IMG/VR virus record: IMGVR_UViG_3300045988_176686
DNA: 64,000 bases
Reading direction: 5' to 3' (one strand)
Origin: a virus
The notes beneath the pieces were generated by a model that worked only from the letters and a program-made list of their open reading frames with translations, was not told where the DNA came from and did no database searches. Each line of letters starts with the position of its first letter. Position 1 is the stretch's first letter. Shown here piece by piece: positions 52,799 through 61,254 of this stretch. The position numbers and the translations under genes were made by a program.

Positions 52799-54592
52799 TT
52801 AGGGTAATAGGGGAGGAGGTAAAGAGAAGGTATGCACATTCTTTTGTGTCGATCGTCCGCTACTTGCCGGCATGCGCTTGTTTTGTACGTTCGTGTGACA
52901 AGCCACACCACACCGCCTCACAATCAGCAAAGGATAGTTTATAGGTTGTAGCACGGATAATGGCACAGATCGCACAATACATGGCTTTTCGGTGTGGTTT
53001 TCTTCCGCACATACATTCACAGTTGGCTTTGCTGTTTCCGTTTCCGCACATACATTCACCACTTGCTCTGCTGTTTCCTTGCATACATTCACCTGTGGCT
53101 TTTCGTTCGCTACTGCTTCCGTAGATTGTTCCTTCACCTTCAAAGTTTTATTGAAAAGTTTTTCCAATTTTACGCCCTCCCTATAAAAGAACGCGCAGCC
53201 ACGATAACTATTCGACTTGTTGCGTTTCTCTTCAGGCATGAAAGTTTTACAAAAACCCGATAACGTGTAGGTATTGCCTTCAAACGATACCTTATTGTCA
53301 TCTACCGCAACAACCTCCTTGCCATCTACAAAGGTTAGTTTGTCACCAGACTTCACCCCTATTGCTGCAAAGGTAAATTTGCGCGAAGGGTCAACTTGCT
53401 TTACCGTTGTGGGCTTATCTACTTTTTTAGCAACAGTCTTTTTTGCCGTAGAATCCTTGCTCGATACAACCTTAGTAGTACGTTTCACATTTAGTACGTA
53501 ACGCTCTAAAACATTTATATCACATTCCACGTTAGGAGCTACTAACACATCGTCCACATGCTCACCCACAAAGGTTTGGTCTTCTTCAACCTTTGGGCAT
53601 AAAACATACACATTGCCGTTATTGTCAACTGCTTCTACATATTTACTGTCTTCTGTACCTAAATACAAGCACATGCTTTCGGCTTTTTTGATTATACCAA
53701 ATCGCTCAGCATCAAACAATAAGCAAAAACTATGCTTCAACTCCTTGCCTGCCTCTACTTGCGCTTCACAATCACCTGCTTTAAATTGAATGGTATTGTC
53801 GCCACGTTTACCACAAACGACAATATTCTCTCCCTTACCCATTTTTACAAGTTTGCAAATAGTCTTCCAGTTGGAGACATTCACGCACAATTCAGACGAA
53901 CGCTCCACACAAACGGAGTACCATTTTACTAAAACGCATTCGTGCTTTGCACGTGCAGCAATACCTTCAAACATAATATTGGTGCAAACATCATAGTCCA
54001 TGCGTTCTTTCGTCGCGGTCATTTGGTAAATATTCTTACCTTTCATTTTCGCGCACATTTTCTTAAAGTCTGCTGCCAAAATGCGCATACCCGAAGTGTC
54101 ACCCTTTATATTACTAAAAGCAACAGGACACACTTTCATACTACGGCCATTTGTAGCGACTAAGCATTTACGCTTGGCATCAATGAAAATAAAAGCATAA
54201 GCCGGATTCCAGAACTTAGGGTCGGTAAAATCGCACAACTCTCCCAACTCCTTAGTGACGGCAAAGGTTACACTGGCTTCTACCTCACCTTTGTTTTCAG
54301 CCACGAACAAATGGCGTTTACTGCCCACACCTACCAATAACTCGAATTTTGCCACAAGATCGAAAATTTGGTTTGTTGGGAATGCACAACGGAAATTGCC
54401 TACCTCCACATGGTGCAAATTGTTAGCGTCCTCTCTTTCAAAAAACATATCATTACCCATGTGTTTTGGTGAATTAATCTCACGTGCTGTAAAACTACCC
54501 ACAACGTCGTATCTACGCATCAATGGCCAAACCTCGTCCGCTATCTTGTACAGTTCATTCAATATAGCCGTATTCAATTCTTTGTCAGTCAT
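52799..54592 (-). CDS. large protein with beta-clamp-like central region and VNVC repeat tail
   Basis: 597 aa from ATG 54592; CLVATNGRSMKV and LLFDAERFGIIKK...YVLCPK resemble DnaN domain signatures; three VNVC[AK]E repeats near the C-terminus. Confidence 0.55.
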   Translation of the reverse strand: MTDKELNTAILNELYKIADEVWPLMRRYDVVGSFTAREINSPKHMGNDMFFEREDANNLHHVEVGNFRCAFPTNQIFDLVAKFELLVGVGSKRHLFVAENKGEVEASVTFAVTKELGELCDFTDPKFWNPAYAFIFIDAKRKCLVATNGRSMKVCPVAFSNIKGDTSGMRILAADFKKMCAKMKGKNIYQMTATKERMDYDVCTNIMFEGIAARAKHECVLVKWYSVCVERSSELCVNVSNWKTICKLVKMGKGENIVVCGKRGDNTIQFKAGDCEAQVEAGKELKHSFCLLFDAERFGIIKKAESMCLYLGTEDSKYVEAVDNNGNVYVLCPKVEEDQTFVGEHVDDVLVAPNVECDINVLERYVLNVKRTTKVVSSKDSTAKKTVAKKVDKPTTVKQVDPSRKFTFAAIGVKSGDKLTFVDGKEVVAVDDNKVSFEGNTYTLSGFCKTFMPEEKRNKSNSYRGCAFFYREGVKLEKLFNKTLKVKEQSTEAVANEKPQVNVCKETAEQVVNVCAETETAKPTVNVCAEENHTEKPCIVRSVPLSVLQPINYPLLIVRRCGVACHTNVQNKRMPASSGRSTQKNVHTFSLPPPLLP

Positions 54593-54801
54593 AACTATGT
54601 ATCGTATTAAAATGTTTTTTGTTTCGTTGTGGGGATAGTGAATTTTCGCTATCCCCATAACATGAGTATCTATTTTGCCGTGAATGCTCCACCAATTAAA
54701 GGCAGAAGGAACACGCCTACACCTATTAACGAGAATAACACCACACACACGCAAGCCACTACCAATGCACCGATGATATACTTAATAATCTTTTTCATAA
54801 A

Positions 54802-55332
54802 TTACACAGCTTGTTTAAATGCACGAATGTCTTCTGCAATGTCGTAAATATCTAAATCGTAAATAACGCCATCAAAAATAATACCGCTAAGAGCTTCGTT
54901 CAACTTGTCAGGGTCGCCAAAGTCCTCCTCATTAAGGTAGGCTTCATCTTCTAAGTAAGCATCAAAATCCCTAATAAAGTCACGGATCACGGTGCGCAGG
55001 TCTATTGCCCATTCGCTGTTGTCGTCAGGTCGGATGCCGATTGATTTGCACGCTACGCTTGTAACTTCGTCAAGCGGCATTCTGCTTTTGATGTATGCGT
55101 TGAAATAGAAGTCGAAACGGATAATCTCATCGAGCATCCAGCCGTTCGGTTCGTTGATAGCTGCCATGTGCCCACCGCCTACAATGTACCCCATGCGCTC
55201 GCCAGGCTTTTTGTCAGATAAGGTTCTGGCAATTACGCCACGTTCGTTGAGTCGTTCAACATAAACATCGCCATTATAAACGATGCTGTTTGAGTTATTT
55301 ACACGCTGAATGTTATTTCTAAAAGTTGTCAT
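54802..55332 (-). CDS. hypothetical acidic protein
   Basis: 176 aa from ATG 55332 (track start is TTG 55341). Confidence 0.6.
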   Translation of the reverse strand: MTTFRNNIQRVNNSNSIVYNGDVYVERLNERGVIARTLSDKKPGERMGYIVGGGHMAAINEPNGWMLDEIIRFDFYFNAYIKSRMPLDEVTSVACKSIGIRPDDNSEWAIDLRTVIRDFIRDFDAYLEDEAYLNEEDFGDPDKLNEALSGIIFDGVIYDLDIYDIAEDIRAFKQAV

Positions 55333-55379
55333 AATCTGCAAGTATTAAAATGTTTATTTTTATGTTTTGAAGTTGTTTT

Positions 55380-55634
55380 TTACATGTCTGATAGAACCCA
55401 AAGTCTAACCAAACCTTCCACATCATTTGTGGCAATTAAAAGCAAAAGGTTAGCTGCTGCTCCAATATACCTCCGTTGTTCTTTTTCGGGTAATTGAGCA
55501 ATGTTTTTGCTGTTGAACCAATCACGCACTGCTTCTAAACTACCTCGTGATACGCCATCAAACATATCCAGTTCAATAGTAGCCAGCGTGTCTTCGCTAA
55601 TTTGCATTCTGTTCTCGTTCATATCAATAGACAA
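55380..55634 (-). CDS. hypothetical protein (start uncertain)
   Basis: 84 aa from TTG; an ATG at 55669 is out of frame across a 7-nt A run. Confidence 0.5.
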   Translation of the reverse strand: MSIDMNENRMQISEDTLATIELDMFDGVSRGSLEAVRDWFNSKNIAQLPEKEQRRYIGAAANLLLLIATNDVEGLVRLWVLSDM

Positions 55635-55711
55635 ACGAGTAGCAATAATTTTTTTAAACGTTCTCTCATTTTAGTCGTTTTTTAAAGGTTCTATAATAAC
55701 TTCATTTTTTC

Positions 55712-56236
55712 TTAACTATTGTGTTTCCCTGTCGAAATTTCAACATATCCACGCACTTTAGCATTTCCCATAATAATCGCGTTGCCGCGTACTGTTGCTT
55801 TTTCGCAAACAAGCGCATTGCTATATACCTGTGCCTTGTCACGTACACATGCTTCACCGCACACACACGCATTGCCTGCAATCTCAGCTTGGTCCATAAC
55901 AGTTGCATTGCCTGCAAGGTGAGCATTGCCTAACAATTTTGCACTACCACCAACGAATGCTCTGTTACACACATGCGCATGATCCGTAACGACGGCACAT
56001 CCGAACACTTGTGCATGTCCGCTCACCCTTGCATGGTCGCACACGATGCTGTTCCCATACACACACGCATTGTCCGCAATCCAGGCTTTGCCAAACAAGT
56101 TTTCAGTTGACTCAACAAATCCTCCTAATTCGCCTGCTTTCACCTCGTCGAAAGGCTCAACACACGCTATGCGATGAAGCACATGCTTGTCAATTGTGAT
56201 TGTTTCATCCGTCAGGACGTATCTAATAGTTCTCAT
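55712..56236 (-). CDS. left-handed beta-helix (hexapeptide-like) repeat protein
   Basis: 174 aa; about 15 tandem units of type GNAxVxxxAxV. Confidence 0.65.
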   Translation of the reverse strand: MRTIRYVLTDETITIDKHVLHRIACVEPFDEVKAGELGGFVESTENLFGKAWIADNACVYGNSIVCDHARVSGHAQVFGCAVVTDHAHVCNRAFVGGSAKLLGNAHLAGNATVMDQAEIAGNACVCGEACVRDKAQVYSNALVCEKATVRGNAIIMGNAKVRGYVEISTGKHNS

Positions 56237-56270
56237 TTTCAGTCGTTTTTTTGATAGTCTATAACAAGGT

Positions 56271-56708
56271 TTACTTCAGTTCTAACGATACACCAAGCGC
56301 ATCAGCAATCTTGTCCAGTACGTCAATTCCAACGGAATACTTTCCTTCCTCAACTCTGCATACATTTGCTTTGGTGATGTCGGCAGCTGTGGCGAGTTCT
56401 TGTTGTGTCATATCGCGTTGAAGTCGAATACTTTTTATACGTTTTCCAATAGCGGAACGTATTCCGCGATTTTCGCGTTCACACGCAAACGATAAATCCG
56501 AGTAGAAGTCTTGCAGCTCCTCGTCGCTTGATTGAGAGAATAGCTCGTCAAACAGATCCGCCAACTTGCTACCGCCATAATTGTAGCATTGATTGGCGTA
56601 ATCATCATACGGAATGTCTACAGACTGATCCCAGTTGTCCTTATTCCATGCAGCCACACATGCTACGCATTCTTTGATTATAGCTGCTTGTAAATTTGTC
56701 TTTTCCAT
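56271..56708 (-). CDS. XRE-family HTH protein with N-terminal extension
   Basis: 145 aa; C-terminal IGKRIKSIRLQRDMTQQELATAADITKANVCRVEEGK is an XRE-type HTH. Confidence 0.7.
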   Translation of the reverse strand: MEKTNLQAAIIKECVACVAAWNKDNWDQSVDIPYDDYANQCYNYGGSKLADLFDELFSQSSDEELQDFYSDLSFACERENRGIRSAIGKRIKSIRLQRDMTQQELATAADITKANVCRVEEGKYSVGIDVLDKIADALGVSLELK

Positions 56709-56712
56709 TTTT

Positions 56713-57414
56713 TTATTTGTCGTTAAAATTCATGTTCATTCTTGCCTTATCCTTCACTTCGCTCCGATCGATAAGCCCTAATTCAGCTTCGTGCCTATAT
56801 TCGTCGAGTAGGTGCTCATAGTTAGAGTTATTGTGACGGTGAGAGGCTTGTATAATAGCAATAGCATGCTGCTCATCTTCTATACGTCTAAGAGGATTTT
56901 CTCGCTCCATTGTGCGTATAAGTGTTGCACGCTTCGTGCTATAATTGTCGTATTGCTTGGCTTCTACTTTTTCTATTTGTTGTCGTTTGTAGTCGTTTTT
57001 TTCTTCGGCGATAGAGCGTGCAACATCCATAGTTACCCATTCATAGCCATTGCAATTAGCCAATAGTCTCACTAATCGCTTAGCCCATGTATCGCGCACC
57101 TGCGTCCATATCTTTACCGTTTTAAGCTTTGTTGCTTTTCCTTCTACTAATTTTAGGAAATCCTTCTCTGAATTTAAGAAGAAATTGTTGAACTTGTCTT
57201 GATAGCCAAAACCATTCCAATTCTCCCCATAATGTTCTTCATACACTTTATGGGTCGAGATGTATTCTTTAATTTTACCGCGCATGGCACCGCTCCACAC
57301 TCTTCTATACACCTTCTCGTTACATATACGAAAAACGTCGTTAGGGGATTTTTTAGACGCATTGTCAATGTTGGCATAACGCGTCAAAACGTACACTGAA
57401 TTATAAGTAGCCAT
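56713..57414 (-). CDS. hypothetical protein (DUF2293-like C-terminus?)
   Basis: 233 aa; IIQASHRHNNSNYEHLLDEY recalls the RHxxTxYDxLL signature. Confidence 0.55.
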   Translation of the reverse strand: MATYNSVYVLTRYANIDNASKKSPNDVFRICNEKVYRRVWSGAMRGKIKEYISTHKVYEEHYGENWNGFGYQDKFNNFFLNSEKDFLKLVEGKATKLKTVKIWTQVRDTWAKRLVRLLANCNGYEWVTMDVARSIAEEKNDYKRQQIEKVEAKQYDNYSTKRATLIRTMERENPLRRIEDEQHAIAIIQASHRHNNSNYEHLLDEYRHEAELGLIDRSEVKDKARMNMNFNDK

Positions 57415-57435
57415 TGTTTCAAACCGAATTACTGG

Positions 57436-57762
57436 TCAGTCCTCGAAGATTTTTGTCCCAATTTCATGTTCGTAGACTGACCACCAGCCCTTGCCGTTAA
57501 GACTGCCTGATGCGATAATCAAGCCATTGCTGTCCCAGACAGTGTAGGATGAGCGATTATAAGGCTGTTGGAAATGTTCGCCCCGCACAATCCTTTTTAT
57601 GTCTTTAATGGCTATTGCCTTATTGGTGTATTCGTATGGTTCAGACAATATCGTAGAGCCATTGTTGGCTGAAAAACTTGCGTAATATTTCATCGCTTCA
57701 AGCCGAATTGCTGTTGCCGCCAGTTCTAAGAGTTTTTTGTGAAAATGATTTATTGTTCCCAC
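57436..57762 (-). CDS. hypothetical protein
   Basis: 108 aa from GTG; first ATG would be 57693. Confidence 0.5.
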   Translation of the reverse strand: MGTINHFHKKLLELAATAIRLEAMKYYASFSANNGSTILSEPYEYTNKAIAIKDIKRIVRGEHFQQPYNRSSYTVWDSNGLIIASGSLNGKGWWSVYEHEIGTKIFED

Positions 57763-57814
57763 CGTGATGTCGCTTCACCTTGTGCCAGTCGTGCTGAAGT
57801 GGGTAGGCTATTTT

Positions 57815-58237
57815 TTAAAACGTTGCCCAATCGTTTAAATCTGTCGTATCGCTGTTTGCCCAATACTCTTCAACCCTTGAATAAAGGGCTTCTACGTTTG
57901 CGCCATGCAGCGTTTTAATCTTCTGTGTAAACGCTTCAACATCTACCTGCCATTTGCGGTCTAAGTCCTCCAGTTGTGCCGCATCCTCCACATGTGCCAC
58001 AAGTGCTGAAACATTGCAGCGAAAGGACTCAGAAACGCTCGTGCCGTTTAAACTATCTGCCAGGAATTTCCACTCTTCAGGAGTAAACACCCCCCTAAGT
58101 TCTCCCGCTGAAACCAGGCGCACTCTTCGCAAATTTTGTGCGCATTCCACAACGGCTTGATTTATAGATTTTCCGTCGCCCGTAAGCCACTCAATGAGTT
58201 CTTCAGGCAAACGGATCGTTGCATTCTTTACAGCCAT
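57815..58237 (-). CDS. RHH-like small regulator candidate
   Basis: 140 aa from ATG 58237 (MAVKNATIRLPEELIEWL, RHH-like strand-helix start); TACCTTTG box 28 nt upstream. Confidence 0.5.
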   Translation of the reverse strand: MAVKNATIRLPEELIEWLTGDGKSINQAVVECAQNLRRVRLVSAGELRGVFTPEEWKFLADSLNGTSVSESFRCNVSALVAHVEDAAQLEDLDRKWQVDVEAFTQKIKTLHGANVEALYSRVEEYWANSDTTDLNDWATF

Positions 58238-58264
58238 AATCGTATTACTTATTGTTTGATATTG

Positions 58265-58272
58265 CAAAGGTA
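58265..58272 (-). promoter_or_regulatory. candidate -7 box (TACCTTTG on minus strand)
   Basis: TAnnTTTG match; adjacent 9-bp IR ACACACAAA/TTTGTGTGT at 58288-58320. Confidence 0.35.
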
Positions 58273-58350
58273 CGAAGAGTTTTTTAAACACACAAACATT
58301 TTACACATTATTTTGTGTGTAATTTGTTTGTTTTTTATTTGTTCAGTCGA

Positions 58351-58521
58351 TCAACCTTTAAAAGTTGAGCGCAAACAGTCGCATAGCATTTGCAATCCCA
58401 GACTTAACTCTGTTGTTGCTTCCTCGGCTGTTGGTGTGTTCACCGCAAAGTATTCAAGCATTGCGATTGTTGCGAGCTGCACTGATTCTCTGTCCATGTC
58501 GATTGTCACTGTTGTTGTCAT
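58351..58521 (-). CDS. small hypothetical protein
   Basis: 56 aa (MTTTVTIDMDRESVQLATIAMLEYF...), below track cutoff; fills an otherwise empty 270-bp gap. Confidence 0.35.
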   Translation of the reverse strand: MTTTVTIDMDRESVQLATIAMLEYFAVNTPTAEEATTELSLGLQMLCDCLRSTFKG

Positions 58522-58562
58522 TTCTGTTGTTTTTTTTTAAATATTAATAATAAATAAATTTA

Positions 58563-58874
58563 CTAAGATAGCTCATATTTCCCTGCCTTAACGGCGTAAC
58601 CAATTTTAGTCAATTTTGTTCTCCCGAAGGATTGTACGTCGCTATACCAGGGCGTAAAAGTCAAAAAAATACTATCATCTTTCAGGCTGCATCCCAGAAT
58701 GTCACAACCGACACGATGCCCCTGCTGTATGTGCCTCATATATGCGTTCTTTGCCTCACGTAAAGTACGATAACACTCACCGCCACATTTATACGGGTCG
58801 TCAACGGGAAAATTATAATAATCTATTTTCATAATTGGTGAATTTAGATAGGATGTAATTAGGGAGTGGCTCAC
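58563..58874 (-). CDS. hypothetical protein
   Basis: 103 aa from GTG in GTGA overlap with upstream stop. Confidence 0.55.
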   Translation of the reverse strand: MSHSLITSYLNSPIMKIDYYNFPVDDPYKCGGECYRTLREAKNAYMRHIQQGHRVGCDILGCSLKDDSIFLTFTPWYSDVQSFGRTKLTKIGYAVKAGKYELS

Positions 58875-59272
58875 AAATCATGCACCACCGCTACATTATT
58901 CTGCAAGGAGCGGTGATTATTTTCATAAGCTATAACGTTAGTATAATACCATACTACCGCCTGTGCCATTTGGTCTTTTACGGCGTCAAGATACTTTCGT
59001 GCCGTTTCCTGTCCGCAGATTTCGAGGTGCCGTTCGGGGTAGCGTCCTCTTTGGTCGCCACTGGCGACTTGCACAACACAAAATGTGCGGTCGGTTCCAT
59101 GAGTTGCCACAAAGCCCTCGCGTGCCTCGCATTGCGCCACGGCTGCCTTTAAATTCTCGGCTGTGGTCTGCACAACTTGCAACACGCACCACGGCCACTC
59201 CTGTGCAGTTAGGAGGGTGTGCCCTTCGCGTTCCTCAATCTCGTAGGTGTAAATGGTTTTTGATGTAGTCAT
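58871..59272 (-). CDS. hypothetical protein
   Basis: 133-aa ORF. Confidence 0.6.
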   Translation of the reverse strand: MTTSKTIYTYEIEEREGHTLLTAQEWPWCVLQVVQTTAENLKAAVAQCEAREGFVATHGTDRTFCVVQVASGDQRGRYPERHLEICGQETARKYLDAVKDQMAQAVVWYYTNVIAYENNHRSLQNNVAVVHDL

Positions 59273-59283
59273 TTTTTTCTATA

Positions 59284-59574
59284 TTAAAAGTAGGAGCCAT
59301 CTTCCACTAACTGAAGAGAGCCATATTCTAATTTCGTCTGCAAATCATAACACAAGGCCGTTGCATCTTGTCGGGCATCATTTTCCAAACATGCAATTTG
59401 TTCGCTCTTTTCCAGTTCGTCGCTTTCATACACAAACAAACCTTTTTGTATGCCTTCGCGAATAACGTTTAACAAACGCTTTATGCCAGTCTTTCGGCTA
59501 TTCACCAGGAAATAAGGCTGCATTGATGCGGAAGACTTCCACGCGTCGCAAGTAGAAAGTAAAAAGATTTTCAT
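59284..59574 (-). CDS. hypothetical protein
   Basis: 96-aa ORF. Confidence 0.55.
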   Translation of the reverse strand: MKIFLLSTCDAWKSSASMQPYFLVNSRKTGIKRLLNVIREGIQKGLFVYESDELEKSEQIACLENDARQDATALCYDLQTKLEYGSLQLVEDGSYF

Positions 59575-59636
59575 AAACCAGTCGTTTTTTTCGCGTGCTA
59601 TAATAGGGGATGCGTTCCCCCATTATAGCTGCGCTG

Positions 59637-60119
59637 TTATACTTCACGTTTTGGAACTTCAATCTTTACGTCCGTTCTCTTGTTCACATCGTAGACTGCA
59701 TACTCCATGTAATCTTCAAGAAATGAATGTTTAAAAATCCAGTACATATCGTCTGGCAGGTCGGGAAATTCCCTGTTTTCTCTGTACGCATCATTGCACA
59801 ACTGGAAGAACTCCAAAAGCTTTTTCGTGTCTTCTTCGTCGAGGTCTAAATAGGGATCGTACAAGGCTACTGCACCGGCAAGCTTATAACTTAAACAAAA
59901 ATCGGCGGAGTAATTAAGCCAAACTGTTACTGATAAGTCCCTGCCTTCTTCCGGGTCTACAGAATGTGTGCTTATATACACCACACAATCTGTGTGGTTG
60001 CCCATGTACACAAGCTCTTCTTGTTCGCTTGCTTCATACTGTGCATAAATTTCCAATCCTTCAGCAAGGCTAAATCCGTATCGGCTTAAAATCAAAGCTA
60101 CGTTGTCTGCAATTTTCAT
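59637..60119 (-). CDS. hypothetical acidic protein
   Basis: 160-aa ORF. Confidence 0.6.
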   Translation of the reverse strand: MKIADNVALILSRYGFSLAEGLEIYAQYEASEQEELVYMGNHTDCVVYISTHSVDPEEGRDLSVTVWLNYSADFCLSYKLAGAVALYDPYLDLDEEDTKKLLEFFQLCNDAYRENREFPDLPDDMYWIFKHSFLEDYMEYAVYDVNKRTDVKIEVPKREV

Positions 60120-60244
60120 AATGCTATTTTTTTAGAAGGGTCTAACATATTTTTTTACTTCCATTAATTCAGTAGATTTTTTTTGTGTTCTATAATAGAG
60201 AGTACTGGCACGGGAGCCAGAACTACTCCAGGTTGTTTTGTCGC

Positions 60245-61057
60245 TTAATTTCGCCACACCCGCGAAGCATGCACACCTGTTTCTGCGTCGTGGTCCCGCG
60301 CAAAATCCTGTAAAGTGCTGTCGTACTCGTTTAATTCCCTGACAAGTTTTGCCGCCTTCTCCGCCAACTTCAAGTAGGCGGAATATTGCTTTTTTGTGGC
60401 GTTTAGTTCGTCGATTAGCTTTTTACGTTCGTTTATATAAGGTGCTATAATAGCAGCCACTTTGCCAGCTTCCAAACGATCACCCACACCCCATCTCCAT
60501 AAAAGACGGCCTGTACGGTTGCACTCTTCTGTTTTACTTCCGTAGATACGCACCATCGGTTTTAATGTGTCGCCATAATCGTAGCCGAAGTATTGCATAT
60601 CGAGCACACACTCGTAATACTCAGCAAACGAACAACGCAAGCCAGAAGCCTCGCTCACGGCATCGGTGAAACGCTTGTTTAATACTTTACCGTCGAACTT
60701 TTGGCAAACTTCCTGTAGGGCGTTTAGAGCCTTAATTTCATGTCGTTCTATTTTCACTAATTCGTCAACGTAAGCGGAATAAGCCTTCACTTGCTTTGCA
60801 CGTTTCAACTTTACAAAGTCGCGTCGCGATTTTAGATAGTTTTCTTCCGTGCCTATAACGTAAGAGCACTCCGGCATCTCCAGTAAACGGGAATAATCAT
60901 GTCTCAAAGCTACAAACTCCTCCGCGTTTTCCTCCGTACCGAAACGTATAGGACTTGACAGCACGCCATCTCCATTACTCCACACGTACACGGAGCCTTT
61001 TTCGTTGATAAGTGAGAGCATTTTGTCACAGAGTGTTTTTTTCTTTGTAGTTTCCAT
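60245..61057 (-). CDS. hypothetical protein
   Basis: 270-aa ORF. Confidence 0.6.
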   Translation of the reverse strand: METTKKKTLCDKMLSLINEKGSVYVWSNGDGVLSSPIRFGTEENAEEFVALRHDYSRLLEMPECSYVIGTEENYLKSRRDFVKLKRAKQVKAYSAYVDELVKIERHEIKALNALQEVCQKFDGKVLNKRFTDAVSEASGLRCSFAEYYECVLDMQYFGYDYGDTLKPMVRIYGSKTEECNRTGRLLWRWGVGDRLEAGKVAAIIAPYINERKKLIDELNATKKQYSAYLKLAEKAAKLVRELNEYDSTLQDFARDHDAETGVHASRVWRN

Positions 61058-61075
61058 AAAGCGAAGTATTAAAAT

Positions 61076-61199
61076 ATTTTTGTTATTGTTTGAGTTGTGG
61101 GTGCAGCGGACCTCGGACCGCTTGGAAAGCCTAAATACTTTTACACCATATAATGTGAAGGCTAAAATTTAATGCTTAACACGACCACCACAACAACAG
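61076..61199. repeat. about 120-bp direct repeat, copy 1
   Basis: About 85 percent identical to 63458-63575; core GTGGGTGCAGCGGAC...AAAGCCTNAATACTTTTACACC...TGAAGGCTAAAATTTAA. Confidence 0.85.
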
Positions 61200-61254
61200 C
61201 GCAGATGTATGCAAAAATTTCCTCATTTATTTTGAAGGTCTATAATATAAGGAA

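Noticed and set aside
52990-53100. Tandem DNA repeats considered as DGR template/variable repeats
   Set aside because: They are in-frame tandem repeats (VNVC units) within one gene. No reverse transcriptase is present in the window, and there is no adenine-specific mismatch pattern.
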